Shown here piece after piece: positions 43,151 to 53,900 of a stretch of 64,000 nt of DNA. Positions within the stretch are counted from its first letter, which is position 1; the number at the start of each line of letters is the position of its first letter. Under the pieces are notes generated by a model, which did no database searches, was not told the DNA's origin, and worked only from the letters and a program-made list of their open reading frames with translations. Origin of the DNA: Gemmatales bacterium. Lineage in GTDB: Bacteria; Planctomycetota; Planctomycetia; Gemmatales; HRBIN36. A program made the position numbers and the translations under genes. Location: the NCBI GenBank assembly GCA_046350055.1, contig JAXMBC010000001.1, forward strand, positions 510,660 through 574,659, in the 5' to 3' direction.

Positions 43151-46100
43151 CTAGGAGCCGCTTAAGTAGTTGTCATTCTCCTCCGATTGGAAAATGGTAG
43201 CAAGCATAGACGAAGCACCGGTGGGTCGAATTATTCGCCAGCGAAGACACCCACGCTGGGCTTTTAAGTGCGGTTCCCAGAGTTTAAGGTAGGTGGTTAG
43301 GTACTGCCCCAACTCCGTCCCGTTCGTCCGTTCCATTAGATCGTTTAAGCGGCCATGTTTGGGTAGTGTGTCAGGCCAGTCTAGTGGCTGCACCGCCTCG
43401 CTTTCCATTCCCTTGTAGTAAAGGTCAAGGCTCAGGGTGCACAATTCAGTGATGCATTCACGCTCTACATCAGTGAGCTCAAAAAGATCGAACACCACCT
43501 GGTCAAGCTGTCCCTCAAGACCCCTGATCAGTTCGGCGCGTTCCACTTGGGCGATACCCTTGTCTGCAAATAACCGGTTAGGGTCTGTCGCTGGAGGGAT
43601 CTCACGAAGTGTATCTACGATTCGCACGATTTTGTTTTGAAGGCTCACCTTTTTGGGAAACCGTACCGGAAGACTGTACAAAACATCTTTCTTTACTTCG
43701 TCATGCCAGAGGCCCCAAGTCCCCGATGTTAGGAATAGGTAGTACCTCGTGAGAGACGACCATAGAATCGCGAGTAGAACCTTCGCTTTGTCCTCACCCA
43801 ACTCTGAAACCGGTACGCAGTGGATCGAGTCTTTAAAAGCAAATGGCTTAGTTTCAAACCTGGCAGCGATCTGCCCGTCAAGCCCAGCCGATTGGTCGAT
43901 ACCACGTTTTATTAGGAGGCGAGGACCTTCATAGATGAAACGTTCCCTACGACGGTGAACCTTAGTAGGCGCGTCCTCAAATTCGTCAGATGGCATCGGG
44001 CTATACCGTTCGAACAGTTTGGTGGGAAATACCTTGAATTCTAGTAACCAATCACTCGGATCTTTGCGTGATGCGACCTGAAATCCTACCCGCATCTTCG
44101 ATTCGTCAGGGTCAACTGCCTTCTTGAAGGACTCTTCAAGCCGCAAACGCTGGATTAATGCACGGTCACGATTCGTCCCCCACCAATAAATCTTCCATAA
44201 TGTTTCGTCGGACAGGAACTCATCTTGTACACCGTAACAGAAGTCCGCTCGGTTGAGTACAACTGCTTTGACGTGTCGGATTAGTGCGGTTTCCTTCGCT
44301 GCCCAATAACTAAACGAGCTTCCGATTTTTGGCCGTACATTATCGAATATGACTGCGGCGAATGGAGCAATCGAGCCCTGACCATCTTCCTCGTCCTTGT
44401 CCTCGTTCTGAAAGTATGCGTCGCGCACTGCGGCAAAGTTAATCACCTTTTGTAAGGTAGCCCCGGTCAGCCACTGTTCGCGAAACTTTCGCGTCTTGTC
44501 GCCACGTTTGAAAAATACCCCTGTTGAGACAAGTAACCCTGCTCGACCGTTAGGACGAAGCAGGTCAAGGCTTCGGTGAATAAAACTCTGTGAGCGCTCT
44601 TTGTCACCGAGCGAAAAACCTCGAGCCTCACACCATTGAACGCCACCATCCGACCTCAGTTCGTCGGGCACATCGGCGCGCGGCGAGCCCCACGGCGGGT
44701 TCCCCACCACAATGTCTGCACAATCTGTGAGAAAGCGGGTTCGCACCGCTTCGCTGACGATGGTGTCATCGATCTGGAACGCATCTTCAGCTAGCAGAAT
44801 GTCGAAGTGGATCTTCGGGTCGGTCTTAGTCCGAACCGAGTATGTGAGGCACGGAAGTCTATGCTGAAGGATGTCGGGCGGTTCGAGATAGTGGAGCATA
44901 GCCAGGTAAAGACTAAATGCCGTGACCCTAACTGCTTCAGGGTTAATGTCGATCCCCGCGATCTGGTCCCGCAGTATTACTCGTAGTTCGTCGGGCCGCA
45001 GACGTCGGCGTAGCTCTCCGACTCTATGTCTAACGATCCGGCGGAACGTCTCAACGAGAAAAATTCCCGAACCACATGCGGGGTCAATCACTCTAGGTCG
45101 TTTTGCCAACTCATTCTGCCCGAGGATTGCGACAGAACAAACTCAACCAACGCGGCAGGAGTGTAGTAGCTACCATCGTCCCGCTTCTGACCGGGTTTCG
45201 TGCTGTAGAACTTTTCGTAGATACTGCTGATTAGCTCGATCGGGATGATTTCGAACCGGTAGGCGAAGAAGAACAGATTATCGTCCACGTTGGCGAGCAG
45301 AAGTTTGCGAAGAAGTTTCAGGTGATTCTCAGTAACTGCCCGAAACTCCTCAGCATCCACAGGAAACATGTCCCCGTTGAAGTCATCAGAGAGCTGAGTG
45401 AACAGAGCATAGGTAAATGCTTTGTTGCTCAGGACGGCGGGGTAGAATACTCGGCGACCAGAACCTGCTGCAAACGTATCCAAGTTTTCGTCCAACAGCC
45501 TCGGCCACTTCGCTTTGTCGCCCTTAGCTACCTTTCGGAAGTAATCCTCTATGAGCACTCGACGGTCTTCGAGGTAGCGAATAAAGATCGAGCGACCGAT
45601 CAATGCGTGCGCGTATGTGGCGGAGAGACCTGCATTAATAAGTGCACTCCGCACCTTCCCGAGGTCCCGAATAAGTGCTCGGTCGGCCCGGTCACCGGAG
45701 CCAAATCGCTCGTCTTCGAACAAGCGCCCTGACTCTACCTGATCGCGTCGGTAGTTGGCAAGCTTGTCCTGGACATCTGCTGTGGTCTTGACTGCGGCCA
45801 ACAGTCGTTCGCTCCGGTATCGATCGTCGCTCTTTCGGGATGGCCTAACCGTAAGATTGAAGACGCACAGTTCACCATCACGAGCAAGGAATAACATCTG
45901 CGGGCGCGCCATGCACCAGCTAGAGTTGAAATACCCTAACCAGTCTGATGGATCGCCGGAAACCTGCTCAGCAAAGGCGATGACCGGGTAGTTGTTGACG
46001 AAGAAGACTTTCTCGGCCCCAACCTTCTTGGCGAGGGTGAGCCAGTCCCCCTTCTCGACCCAATTCGCTGGTGTAGTGTCAGTCGGACGGTCAACGGCGT

Positions 46101-46260
46101 CTTGCAGGTCACCCTCGGAAAACCCCAATCGCGAGTAAGCGACATCCAATAGCTGTCGTGATGTGTTTGACACGGCAGTAGACTGGCTCTTGCGAGGAAT
46201 ACTCAGAACTCTCATTGATAGGGTATTAGACACGAGTTGCAGGGGCAAAGTCGATGGCAT
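43151..46260 (-). pseudogene. Type IIG-like N6-adenine DNA methyltransferase (about 1035 aa if repaired), split by a frameshift
   Basis: The N-terminal ORF ends '...GSYYTPAALVEFVLSQ' (45088-46260). The C-terminal ORF continues in another frame with '(ILGQNE)LAKRPRVIDPACGSGIFLVE' (motif I) and 'VVGNPPWGSP' (motif IV). The two overlap at 45088-45109. Confidence 0.75.
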
Positions 46261-46583
46261 CTCTCCGCGTCAGTCTTCTACACTTGGCACCGCATTCTTG
46301 CGAGGATGTCAAATTTTGCATCTACTTCGATGGTTTTGGGGCACCAACATAGATGGAACTAGCCACGCTCGTATGTTAACACGGTTCATACTGAACATGT
46401 CAATCGCGACTAGACTTGCGGGAAAACTTGGGAAATAGGTCGCTTCGGGTAATAAGAGTCGGGATCCAGCGATCTTGTAGACCATAGAGTTGCTTGCCCT
46501 GTTACCCATTTTGCGGCAATCTGGCTTCACCAAGGCTGCCGAACCCTGTCAAACAATGCAAGTTGCGAAACAACTCCTAAATA

Positions 46584-47093
46584 CTAGTGTTGCTTCCCGT
46601 GGATCGGCTCGTTCCGCCACGCTTTGATCCGTTCGTAGACCATCTGGTTCAGGTCGCACACCACCCCAGGCTTCACCCGCACGCCCCACAACGCCTCGGT
46701 GATGTCCTCCACCCGACGCACCGACACGCCCGCCAGGAACATTTCCATCAGCGACTCTTCCACGCTCGACTGACGGCGACGATACCGCTCGATGATCTGC
46801 GTCTCGAACGTGAACGACCGCAGCCGAGGCATCTTCAGGTTGACCTCGCCCACCGTTGTATGAAGCTTCCGCTGGTAGCTCCCCGAACGCGTCGTCTGAC
46901 GGTCTGCCGTCCGCTGGTACTTCTCCGCCTGGCACAGCGTATCCGCCTCCGCGTCCAGCATCTTGTTCATCATCTCCTCGATGGTAGACCGCATCTTCTC
47001 CTGGAGGAAATGCTCCACCTGGCCCGCATCCACCTGGAACGCTTCTTTTAGTTCCACCGTGGCCGCGCCCGCTTCCAGTCCTATCGTGTCCAT
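46584..47093 (-). pseudogene. IS256-family (Mutator-type) transposase, N-terminal 169-aa fragment
   Basis: '...LDAEADTLCQAEKYQRTADRQTTRSGSYQRKLHTTVGEVNLKMPRLR...EMFLAGVSVRRVEDITEALWG...' is typical of the IS256 N-terminal half. It breaks after 'WRNEPI'. Confidence 0.75.
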
Positions 47094-47200
47094 GGCTGCT
47101 CCTGGGGTAGTTATTGACAGTTGCCTCGAACTCCTGTCCTACTACCCTCGGAGCCGCCAGGCCCCGCTGAATGTGCGCAACTATTTGAACGTTATCCACC

Positions 47201-47287
47201 GGTCAGTGCCACCCGTGACTTTACCAGACAATTCGATACACAATACGACTCTACTACGAGACTCGAAACGGGCGAGATTGAACTAAA
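47201..47287 (-). repeat. Solo RIT terminal fragment (87 bp), cut by the IS256 fragment
   Basis: The reverse complement 'tttagttcaatctcgcccg...ggtaaagtcacgggtggcactgacc' matches the RIT ends at 7212 and 53165. Confidence 0.6.
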
Positions 47288-47551
47288 AGGCAGGTTTCCC
47301 CGTGTCAATGGCAGTCAGCTTCAGTGGCAACTTTCGGGGCCTGCTCAGCGCACAGAATGAGAAATATTTCTTCGTCTATGTTTGACGATAGCAAGTCTTG
47401 TCACCCAAAGTAATTGCTAGCGATTTTAGACCAATATTGTTCTGCACTATGTCATCGATACGATGATTCATTACAACCTTCTTTTTGTCTATACTAAGCA
47501 CGCCAATGTCAGCCCATTGTCTTATTCTCTTATTTACATACGCGGCATTGA

Positions 47552-48175
47552 CTAGCCCAAAAAAATTGCTGCAACTTTTGTCTCGACTACATTGAGATCT
47601 TCACTTCTTACCACACTATTGAAAATACACTTGTCAATCCGTGCTAATTTTACATGTCGTCTACTATACTCACCTTGCAAGACCATAATGTTCTTTGCAA
47701 TCGGCGCAAGACACAAATATCGTACGCAATGCTTGACAAATGTATTTAGTGGAGATTCTACAAATAGTCGCCATCCTTCAACAAGGTATTGCACTGCATT
47801 TCTATCTAGTTTTATCATTATTTCTGCGACAGGGATGCTACTTTTATGGTTGTAGTAATCAGTATGCACGCCGTACTTAAACCGCACTAAATCAACTGCA
47901 TGAATCGCAAGCACGCTCAAGTCTGACTTCCAACGTTTGCGGCCAGCAATAGAATGTATAACCGAGAGAGTACATAGCATACATTGCAGCGTAGTCCCGG
48001 TGACTATGCTGACGCCGCCATAGTAATTCATGGACGATAAACTCGCTCCGAGCAATGAAGGGCGTTTACAAAGGAGGTCGCTATAATAATACTGTACACC
48101 TTCGCATTTTTGATAATAATCGATCATCGTTTCAGATATTATAATATTGTGAACACGATTTTGAGTTAAGGACAT
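47552..48175 (-). CDS. Putative immunity protein of the orphan rhs tip
   Basis: 207-aa AT-rich ORF whose ATG (48175) overlaps the tip stop (48166) by 10 nt. The role is positional inference. Confidence 0.4.
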   Translation of the reverse strand: MSLTQNRVHNIIISETMIDYYQKCEGVQYYYSDLLCKRPSLLGASLSSMNYYGGVSIVTGTTLQCMLCTLSVIHSIAGRKRWKSDLSVLAIHAVDLVRFKYGVHTDYYNHKSSIPVAEIMIKLDRNAVQYLVEGWRLFVESPLNTFVKHCVRYLCLAPIAKNIMVLQGEYSRRHVKLARIDKCIFNSVVRSEDLNVVETKVAAIFLG

Positions 48176-50050
48176 GTGACTACCCTCCCATCAGACCATT
48201 TAATAGTTGCGGGCCATGTCCCTTGAGCTTCACAATATCGAAAACACGCTTCGCACAGCGTTTCAATGCCCAACGGCCCTCTATCGTGATTTTTATCTTT
48301 GCACTCTAAATATGATTGCATACACTTTCTATGCCTCCTTCTGCTCGGAAAAGTCGTCGTCATAGCCATATATACAATAAATGTAACTGTAACTGTAGCA
48401 AGCAAAACCCACGGGTTAATTCGGACCAAGCATTTACCGATATTTAGCGCCCATCCTGAAGTTGTTTGTGTCCTTGTCCATGGAATAGCTAGTGCAAATA
48501 GCATTGACATTGACTGTGGCTCAGGCTCGTCCGGAGTAAGGTCCAGGCACTGCAGGTATCGTCTTATGGCATCAATCTCGCACTTTAGTCGCTTACGGTA
48601 CTCTGATATTTGCCTGCATTCTGCCATATCAATATGATATAACTCAACACAGATTGCATCAGGATGAATAGGAGGCATTTTTTGCTTATCACCATTCCAC
48701 TGCTCCCCACTTATTCCTATAGGATTATTAGAGTTAAAGGCATAGGGTAGTGACTTCCATATTGCAATGATCGGATCATACCATTTTCCTTGACTGTAGT
48801 AATCTGCCTGAATGTAGCGAAATCCACTTCCTCCTCCAAATCTGAAAGACAGTGGTACCATGCCACTGCTCGATAAGCTAGACCCAAACGCACTGTAGTT
48901 AAATACTTCTGACGTAGTGCCAATGCCATTAGTAATCTGCCTAATTGACCCAACAGAATCTCCATGGTAATATCTGGACGCGCCCACGCTGTTCACACAG
49001 TAGATTGAAAGGCATGCTAATATCGTTAGTATACGCGGCATACGTCGCACCTGATATGTCTGTATCGATCAAGCAATCGTAACGGTCAAGCGTAAAATGA
49101 CTCACATCTCCTTGCAAAGATGATTCTACCATCCTTCTGCTGCTGTCGTACAAATATGTACTGTTAATACTACTGCCTCGAATTACTCTTACCATGCAAT
49201 TATTACCATCCCACAGATTTGTGGTGCGTGTCAACGTCGGGTCGATCTGTAGCGTCTGATTGCCATTGTTGTCATAGCTGAACGTAGTCCTTCCTGAGTT
49301 GTCCTGGAACCAGTTGAGTTGATTGACAGCATCGCAGGTATAGGTAGTTCTTGCCCCCGAATCGATCATCAGCCTTCGATTCTGTGCAGCATCATAAGTG
49401 TACGTAGTGTCGTAAGCGTTCGCCCCGCTACGACGTTCTCGCGTAAGCTGATACGTCGTGTCATAGCTCCACGTCACACGATCAGCATCGGCTTCGATAA
49501 CCCGTGTCTTGTTCATGGTGTTATCGTAAGCGTAATCATACTTCGACACATACGTTCCATCGGCCCGCACATTCGCCAGTGTCGTCAGCCGATCCGCCGC
49601 ATCATAGCTGTAACTGGCCCGCACGCGATTGGCGAGCTTCTGCATCGTCCGCCTGCCTGCCACATCGTAGGTGAAGGTCGTGTTCTCCTGGAACGGATTG
49701 AGCAGTCTGGTGATCTGGCCCACGCCGTCATACCAGTAAGTAAACCGTCCACCATCCGGCTCTCGCATCTTCGCACGCTGTCCCACAGCATCGTACGCAT
49801 AGGTGATCCGTTTGGCGAAGCTGTCCGAAGCCAAGAGCGTCCGGCCCACGGCATCGAAGCTGTAGGTGTAGCGTCCCGTCCAGTCTTGTATCTTGGTGCG
49901 TTGCCCCACGGCGTCGTAGGCCTGGGTGGCTCGGGTTTGATCCTGGTACTTCCAACCGATGGTCTTGCCCTCAGTATCGTAGGCGTATTTAGTGCAATCC
50001 GCGCGGCGGTTAGAAAGAAGCGAACGGGTCTTGAGTTTTGCCAGCACCAT
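48166..50050 (-). pseudogene. Orphan rhs C-terminal cassette (5'-truncated and frameshifted)
   Basis: It begins abruptly within the YD repeats ('YAYDTEGKTIGWKYQDQTRATQ...') and is highly similar to rhs1 aa ~1235-1500. A frameshift near 49010 precedes 'SRYYHGDSVGSIRQITN...NYSAFG...WYDPIIAIW'. It ends in a novel tip with a hydrophobic segment and a Cys-rich end. Confidence 0.8.
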
Positions 50051-50219
50051 AATGTTGGTCCTGAGTTACCTCATCACGAGCATTGAGTCGCTCGTCACCC
50101 GTTGCTTCAGAGCGTCACATCAGTCATCCTGCGGGGTAAAATCGCGGAGTAAACGTACCTTCTACGCACCATACCCTCTGTGCATGGTCTCTGCAAACCT
50201 AATTCCTCATCAGCGCACT

Positions 50220-51197
50220 TTATCCTGCCTGCTGGCGTCGCACTGGAGGGTAGTGCCAAGGCAGTTTGACACCAGGCAAGAGTTGATCGAGATCATTCAT
50301 CAGTCGCTTAATGGGATGCTTCTCCACCGCTTCCTTCAGGTCATGAGCGGTGGTGTGCAGGTAGATCTGCGTGCTGCTGATCTGGCGATGGCCAAGCAAG
50401 TCACGAATGGTCACGATGCCGACGCCGGCTTTGACCAGATGCGTGGCGAACGTGTGACGCAAGCGATGCGGTGACATGGCCTTCTCGATCTTCGCCACGG
50501 CCGACCATTTGCGGACACGTTCGTAGATCGCACCACGCGTCATCTGCTTGCGTCGCAGGCTCAGGAAGAAGCAGGCCTTGGGATCGATCTCGCCACGGAC
50601 CTGGCGGTAGGCCTTCATCACAGTCATCACACGGGTATTGAGCGGCACACTCCGTTGATGCCCGCCTTTGCCCGTCACCCGGATGCATTTGTTCTCCAGA
50701 TCGACATCCTCCTCTTTCAGTGTAGAACACTCGCTCGCTCGAATGCCGGTGCCATAGAGCAGACCCAGGATGGCACGATCCCGTACCATCAACACCGTGT
50801 CCCCTGGAGGCGACCTGAGCAAGCGAGTCACTTCGTCTTCCGAGAGATACACCGGCAACTTGCTCGGTGCTGCCTTCACCTTCGGGAAGTGCACAAGTGG
50901 ATTCTCCACTGGCTTCAGATGCTCCATGGCCACCAACGCACGATAGAAGCACTTCAGGATCACCAGGCTGCGGCTCACTGCTGCTTCGGCATTCTTTCGA
51001 TCGGTGCGAAGGTACTGCAAGTACTCCAGCACGTCTCGGGCCGCCACCGCAGCTGGTGCCTTGTTCTGCAGCTTCACCTCCACATAGCTGACGAACTGAC
51101 GCAGGCTTGCTTCATAGGAAGCAATCGTCGAAGCCTTCATGCCTCGAGCCGTGCAGTGCGTTCGCAGGTATAAACTCAGGCAGTACTGCCACATCAT
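50220..51197 (-). CDS. Tyrosine recombinase (third RIT gene), intact
   Basis: 'GTGIRASECSTLKEEDVD', 'HRLRHTFATHLVKAGVGIVTIRDLLGHRQISSTQIYLH' (R, HxxR, H, Y). Confidence 0.85.
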   Translation of the reverse strand: MMWQYCLSLYLRTHCTARGMKASTIASYEASLRQFVSYVEVKLQNKAPAAVAARDVLEYLQYLRTDRKNAEAAVSRSLVILKCFYRALVAMEHLKPVENPLVHFPKVKAAPSKLPVYLSEDEVTRLLRSPPGDTVLMVRDRAILGLLYGTGIRASECSTLKEEDVDLENKCIRVTGKGGHQRSVPLNTRVMTVMKAYRQVRGEIDPKACFFLSLRRKQMTRGAIYERVRKWSAVAKIEKAMSPHRLRHTFATHLVKAGVGIVTIRDLLGHRQISSTQIYLHTTAHDLKEAVEKHPIKRLMNDLDQLLPGVKLPWHYPPVRRQQAG

Positions 51198-52095
51198 GAG
51201 GAAGCCCCTTCATCCAGGCGCTGCACAGCATCTTCCGTGTTCTGCTCCAGCACATGCAAGTACACACCCGTCTCCTGCGGGCTGCGGTGGCCCATCAATG
51301 ATGCAATCACGGCAAGGTCCACGCCGCGATCCATCAGATGGGTAGCAAAGGAATGACGCAATACTTTGGGAGTGACGCCTCCGTCCAGGCCGCCACGTGT
51401 GGCCGCTTCACTCACCACGCGGCAAATAGCATGGGCGCGTAGCCTCTTCCCCTTGTGAGATCGCAACAGGAAGCCACGCTGCCCCCTCGTTCCTGCAGGT
51501 AGGCCAGCAACTCCGTGTAGACCACCGAGGGGATCGGGATGGTTCGCTGGCGATCTCCTTTACCCTTCTCAATGAAGAGTTCCTGCCGTTCGCGGTCCAC
51601 ATCCTGAAGGCGTATATGGCAAAGTTCATCGGTGCGAACGCCACAGCCATAGAGCAGCAGAATGATGATCCTCTCTCGTCGTTCTGCTGCTGTCGTGGAA
51701 GGGCAGGCATCGACCAATCGGCGGGCTTCCTCTACCGTCAGCCAGCGTGGCTTCGCCGGTCGCTTCACATCCTGAAGAGCAAACCCATCCAGCACATTGC
51801 ACTCGCTGCGTCCTGCCCGGAAGCTGTAATCGAGCAATCCCCGCAAGTGACTCAGGTACTTCTCCAGGCTGCGAGGTGAAGTCTCTGCCAACCGCTCCGC
51901 TTCCAGCCAGGCCAGATAGACTTGGAGGGAGAGTTGCCACAGTGGCTTCTCAGCCCCATGGCCCTCCATCCATTGGCTCACTCGCTTGAGCGTGCAGCGA
52001 ACATCACGAACCGTACCGGCCGCCTTCTTCTGCACATCCTGCAAATAATGCAGGTAACTATCATACCAGGGGTTCCATGCTGCTGGAGTCTTCAT
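51194..52095 (-). pseudogene. Tyrosine recombinase (second RIT gene), frameshifted
   Basis: The N-terminal 227 aa (51412-52095) end out of frame. The catalytic C-terminus 'KVLRHSFATHLMDRGVDLAVIASLMGHRSPQETGVYLH' lies in the 51194-51466 frame. Confidence 0.75.
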
Positions 52096-53031
52096 GCAGC
52101 ACCTCCTTGTTGATCCAGGAAGTCGTTGAGCGGATGACGATCCACTGCGGCACGGCGCTGCGGATCGCTGAAGTGCAGATACCGCACGGTTGAGGTGATC
52201 ACAGCATGCCCCAGCAACCGCTGCACTTCGGGCAGATGCACGCCTGCTTCAATGAGGTCTGATGCACAGGTATGACGGAACTGATGGAGCCGATCCAATG
52301 GCACTTCCATGCGTTCTGCAATCCGGAACAGGCCTGCACCGAGCCGCCGGACCAGAGAGTCGCTTGCCACGCCGATTAATGAACAACGCGGTCTCATCGG
52401 CCTTGCCCAACTCGCGGAGATGCTCTTCCCGTTCTGGCAGATACGCTTCCATGCATCGCGCCACAATCTCTTGAAGCGGAAGACTCAGTTGCTTCCTCGT
52501 CTTCCGGGCATCGGCTCGAATCAACCCTTCCCCAGGCTGCCAGTCCTTCACGTTCAATCGCGTGATCTCACCACGACGCAAGCCCAGGCCATACAGCAGC
52601 GACAGAGCACACAGCCATTGCTTCTGCCCGAAGGAACTCTTCGAGGTGGCGGCTCCCTGCCACAGCTTGGTCATCGACTCTTTGCTGATCCGCTGTGGGG
52701 CCTTCGCATACGGATTGATCTTGGGGCCCTTCAGCCACTGCAGCGGACTCTTCTTCCAATAGCCTTCCTGCACCAGCCACACTCCAAAACACCTCAGCTT
52801 GCTCACGATGCCACTGACCGTTGCCTTCGCCTTGAACACGGAACGACTGCGAATGAAGTTCACCAGAAGCTCTGTATCGATCTCCTCCAAAGCAAGCGTG
52901 GACCGGGTTGCCAGGAGCCACGATCCAAGCCGTTCCAGTTCTCTTCTTGTTGCCTTACGTCGTTCCTCACACATCCCTCGCGCCTGGCACGCCGCCATAT
53001 ACCCTGTTGTCACCTCAAGCCACCGTCGCAT
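52092..53031 (-). pseudogene. Tyrosine recombinase (first RIT gene), frameshifted
   Basis: Start 'MRRWLEVTTGYMAAC' at 53031. The frame is lost near 52375 after 'ALFINRRGKRLS'. The catalytic C-terminus 'LHQFRHTCASDLIEAGVHLPEVQRLLGHAVITSTVRYLH' lies in the 52092-52466 frame. Confidence 0.75.
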
Positions 53032-53160
53032 TGCTCTCTCCTGTGTCACATGAAAATGAACAAAGGCACCAACCCCTAGGTCAGTGCCTACCGTGACTTT
53101 ACCAAACAATACGACGCACAATATGACGCTACTTCAAGCCTCCAAACGGACGAGATTGAA

Positions 53161-53802
53161 CTAAATAAAGGGATACTTCTCAACCGCCTCCGCCAAGACC
53201 GGCTTCATGTTCCAACTATCAGTTACAATGACGTAATCGGGCTGAAAATCATCGACTGCCTCGCGATAGCGCTGTTGAATATCTCGTAAATTCCAGTGAG
53301 TTGCATTGAATCGCAGTTCGTGGCTGATCATGGGAGTCTGCTGCTTGACAACTCCCAATTCCCATGGATCGTACCGAGCATAGTAATGCTCTACTTCGTA
53401 GCCAGCACGATTCAAGAAATCACACAGCTCCACTGTGTGGACGATGCCACCCCCGGTGGAAGGCCAGTTGAACAGAAAACTCAGCACAGCAATGCGCGCT
53501 CGCGTTTTCTTCGAAGGGAGTGGGGCTTGTCCCGCTACACCGAATCGATCTGCAGCCAGCAGTTCGTAGTTCCATCGTGCAACGTCATTGCCTGAGTCCA
53601 GTTGCAATGCTTCCTGAAATGTGGACATACTCTCGGGATGATCACCGAGGCTTCTCAAGACCCCTAAGTGGGCCATCCATCGACTACGATCCTGGGCGTT
53701 ATTAGCCTTTTTCAACTCTTCATCGATCAGAATTTCAGCGTACGACCATTTGCCCGAACGAAGGAGCGACTTGAGCTTCGCCGTGGAATCCATGTGTACC
53801 AC
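53161..53802 (-). pseudogene. TPR plus GT4-type glycosyltransferase N-terminal part, truncated by the RIT insertion
   Basis: 'RIAVLSFLFNWPSTGGGIVHTVELCDFLNRAGYEV' is a GT-B/GT4 N-domain start. The ORF ends in the TAG contributed by the RIT terminus (tttAGttc on the minus strand). Confidence 0.6.
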
Positions 53803-53900
53803 ATCCCATACTTTTACAGTCGCATTCTAACATGGTGATGGTGCAATCCAAAGAGATAGTGCCGGAAGTACCCCCAAACTTACTCATGATTTCTTGGAAT

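Larger units (their letters stand above)
50220..53165 (-). mobile_element. Recombinase-in-trio (RIT) element with one identifiable terminus at 53165
   Basis: Three consecutive tyrosine recombinase genes have 4-nt ATGA overlaps (52092/52095 and 51194/51197). The terminal sequence 'tttagttcaatctcg' is at 53165. The other terminus was not recognised. Confidence 0.7.

Noticed and set aside
46549-47199. 216-aa ORF overlapping the IS256 transposase fragment in another frame, plus the 46587-47051 plus-strand ORF
   Set aside because: The 46584-47093 frame carries the recognisable IS256 motifs. The overlapping frames are Gly/Arg-rich and look spurious.
52309-53079. 256-aa plus-strand ORF (with similar ones at 50655-51173 and 49319-50086)
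   Set aside because: They are antisense to tyrosine recombinase or rhs coding sequence and have no motifs.
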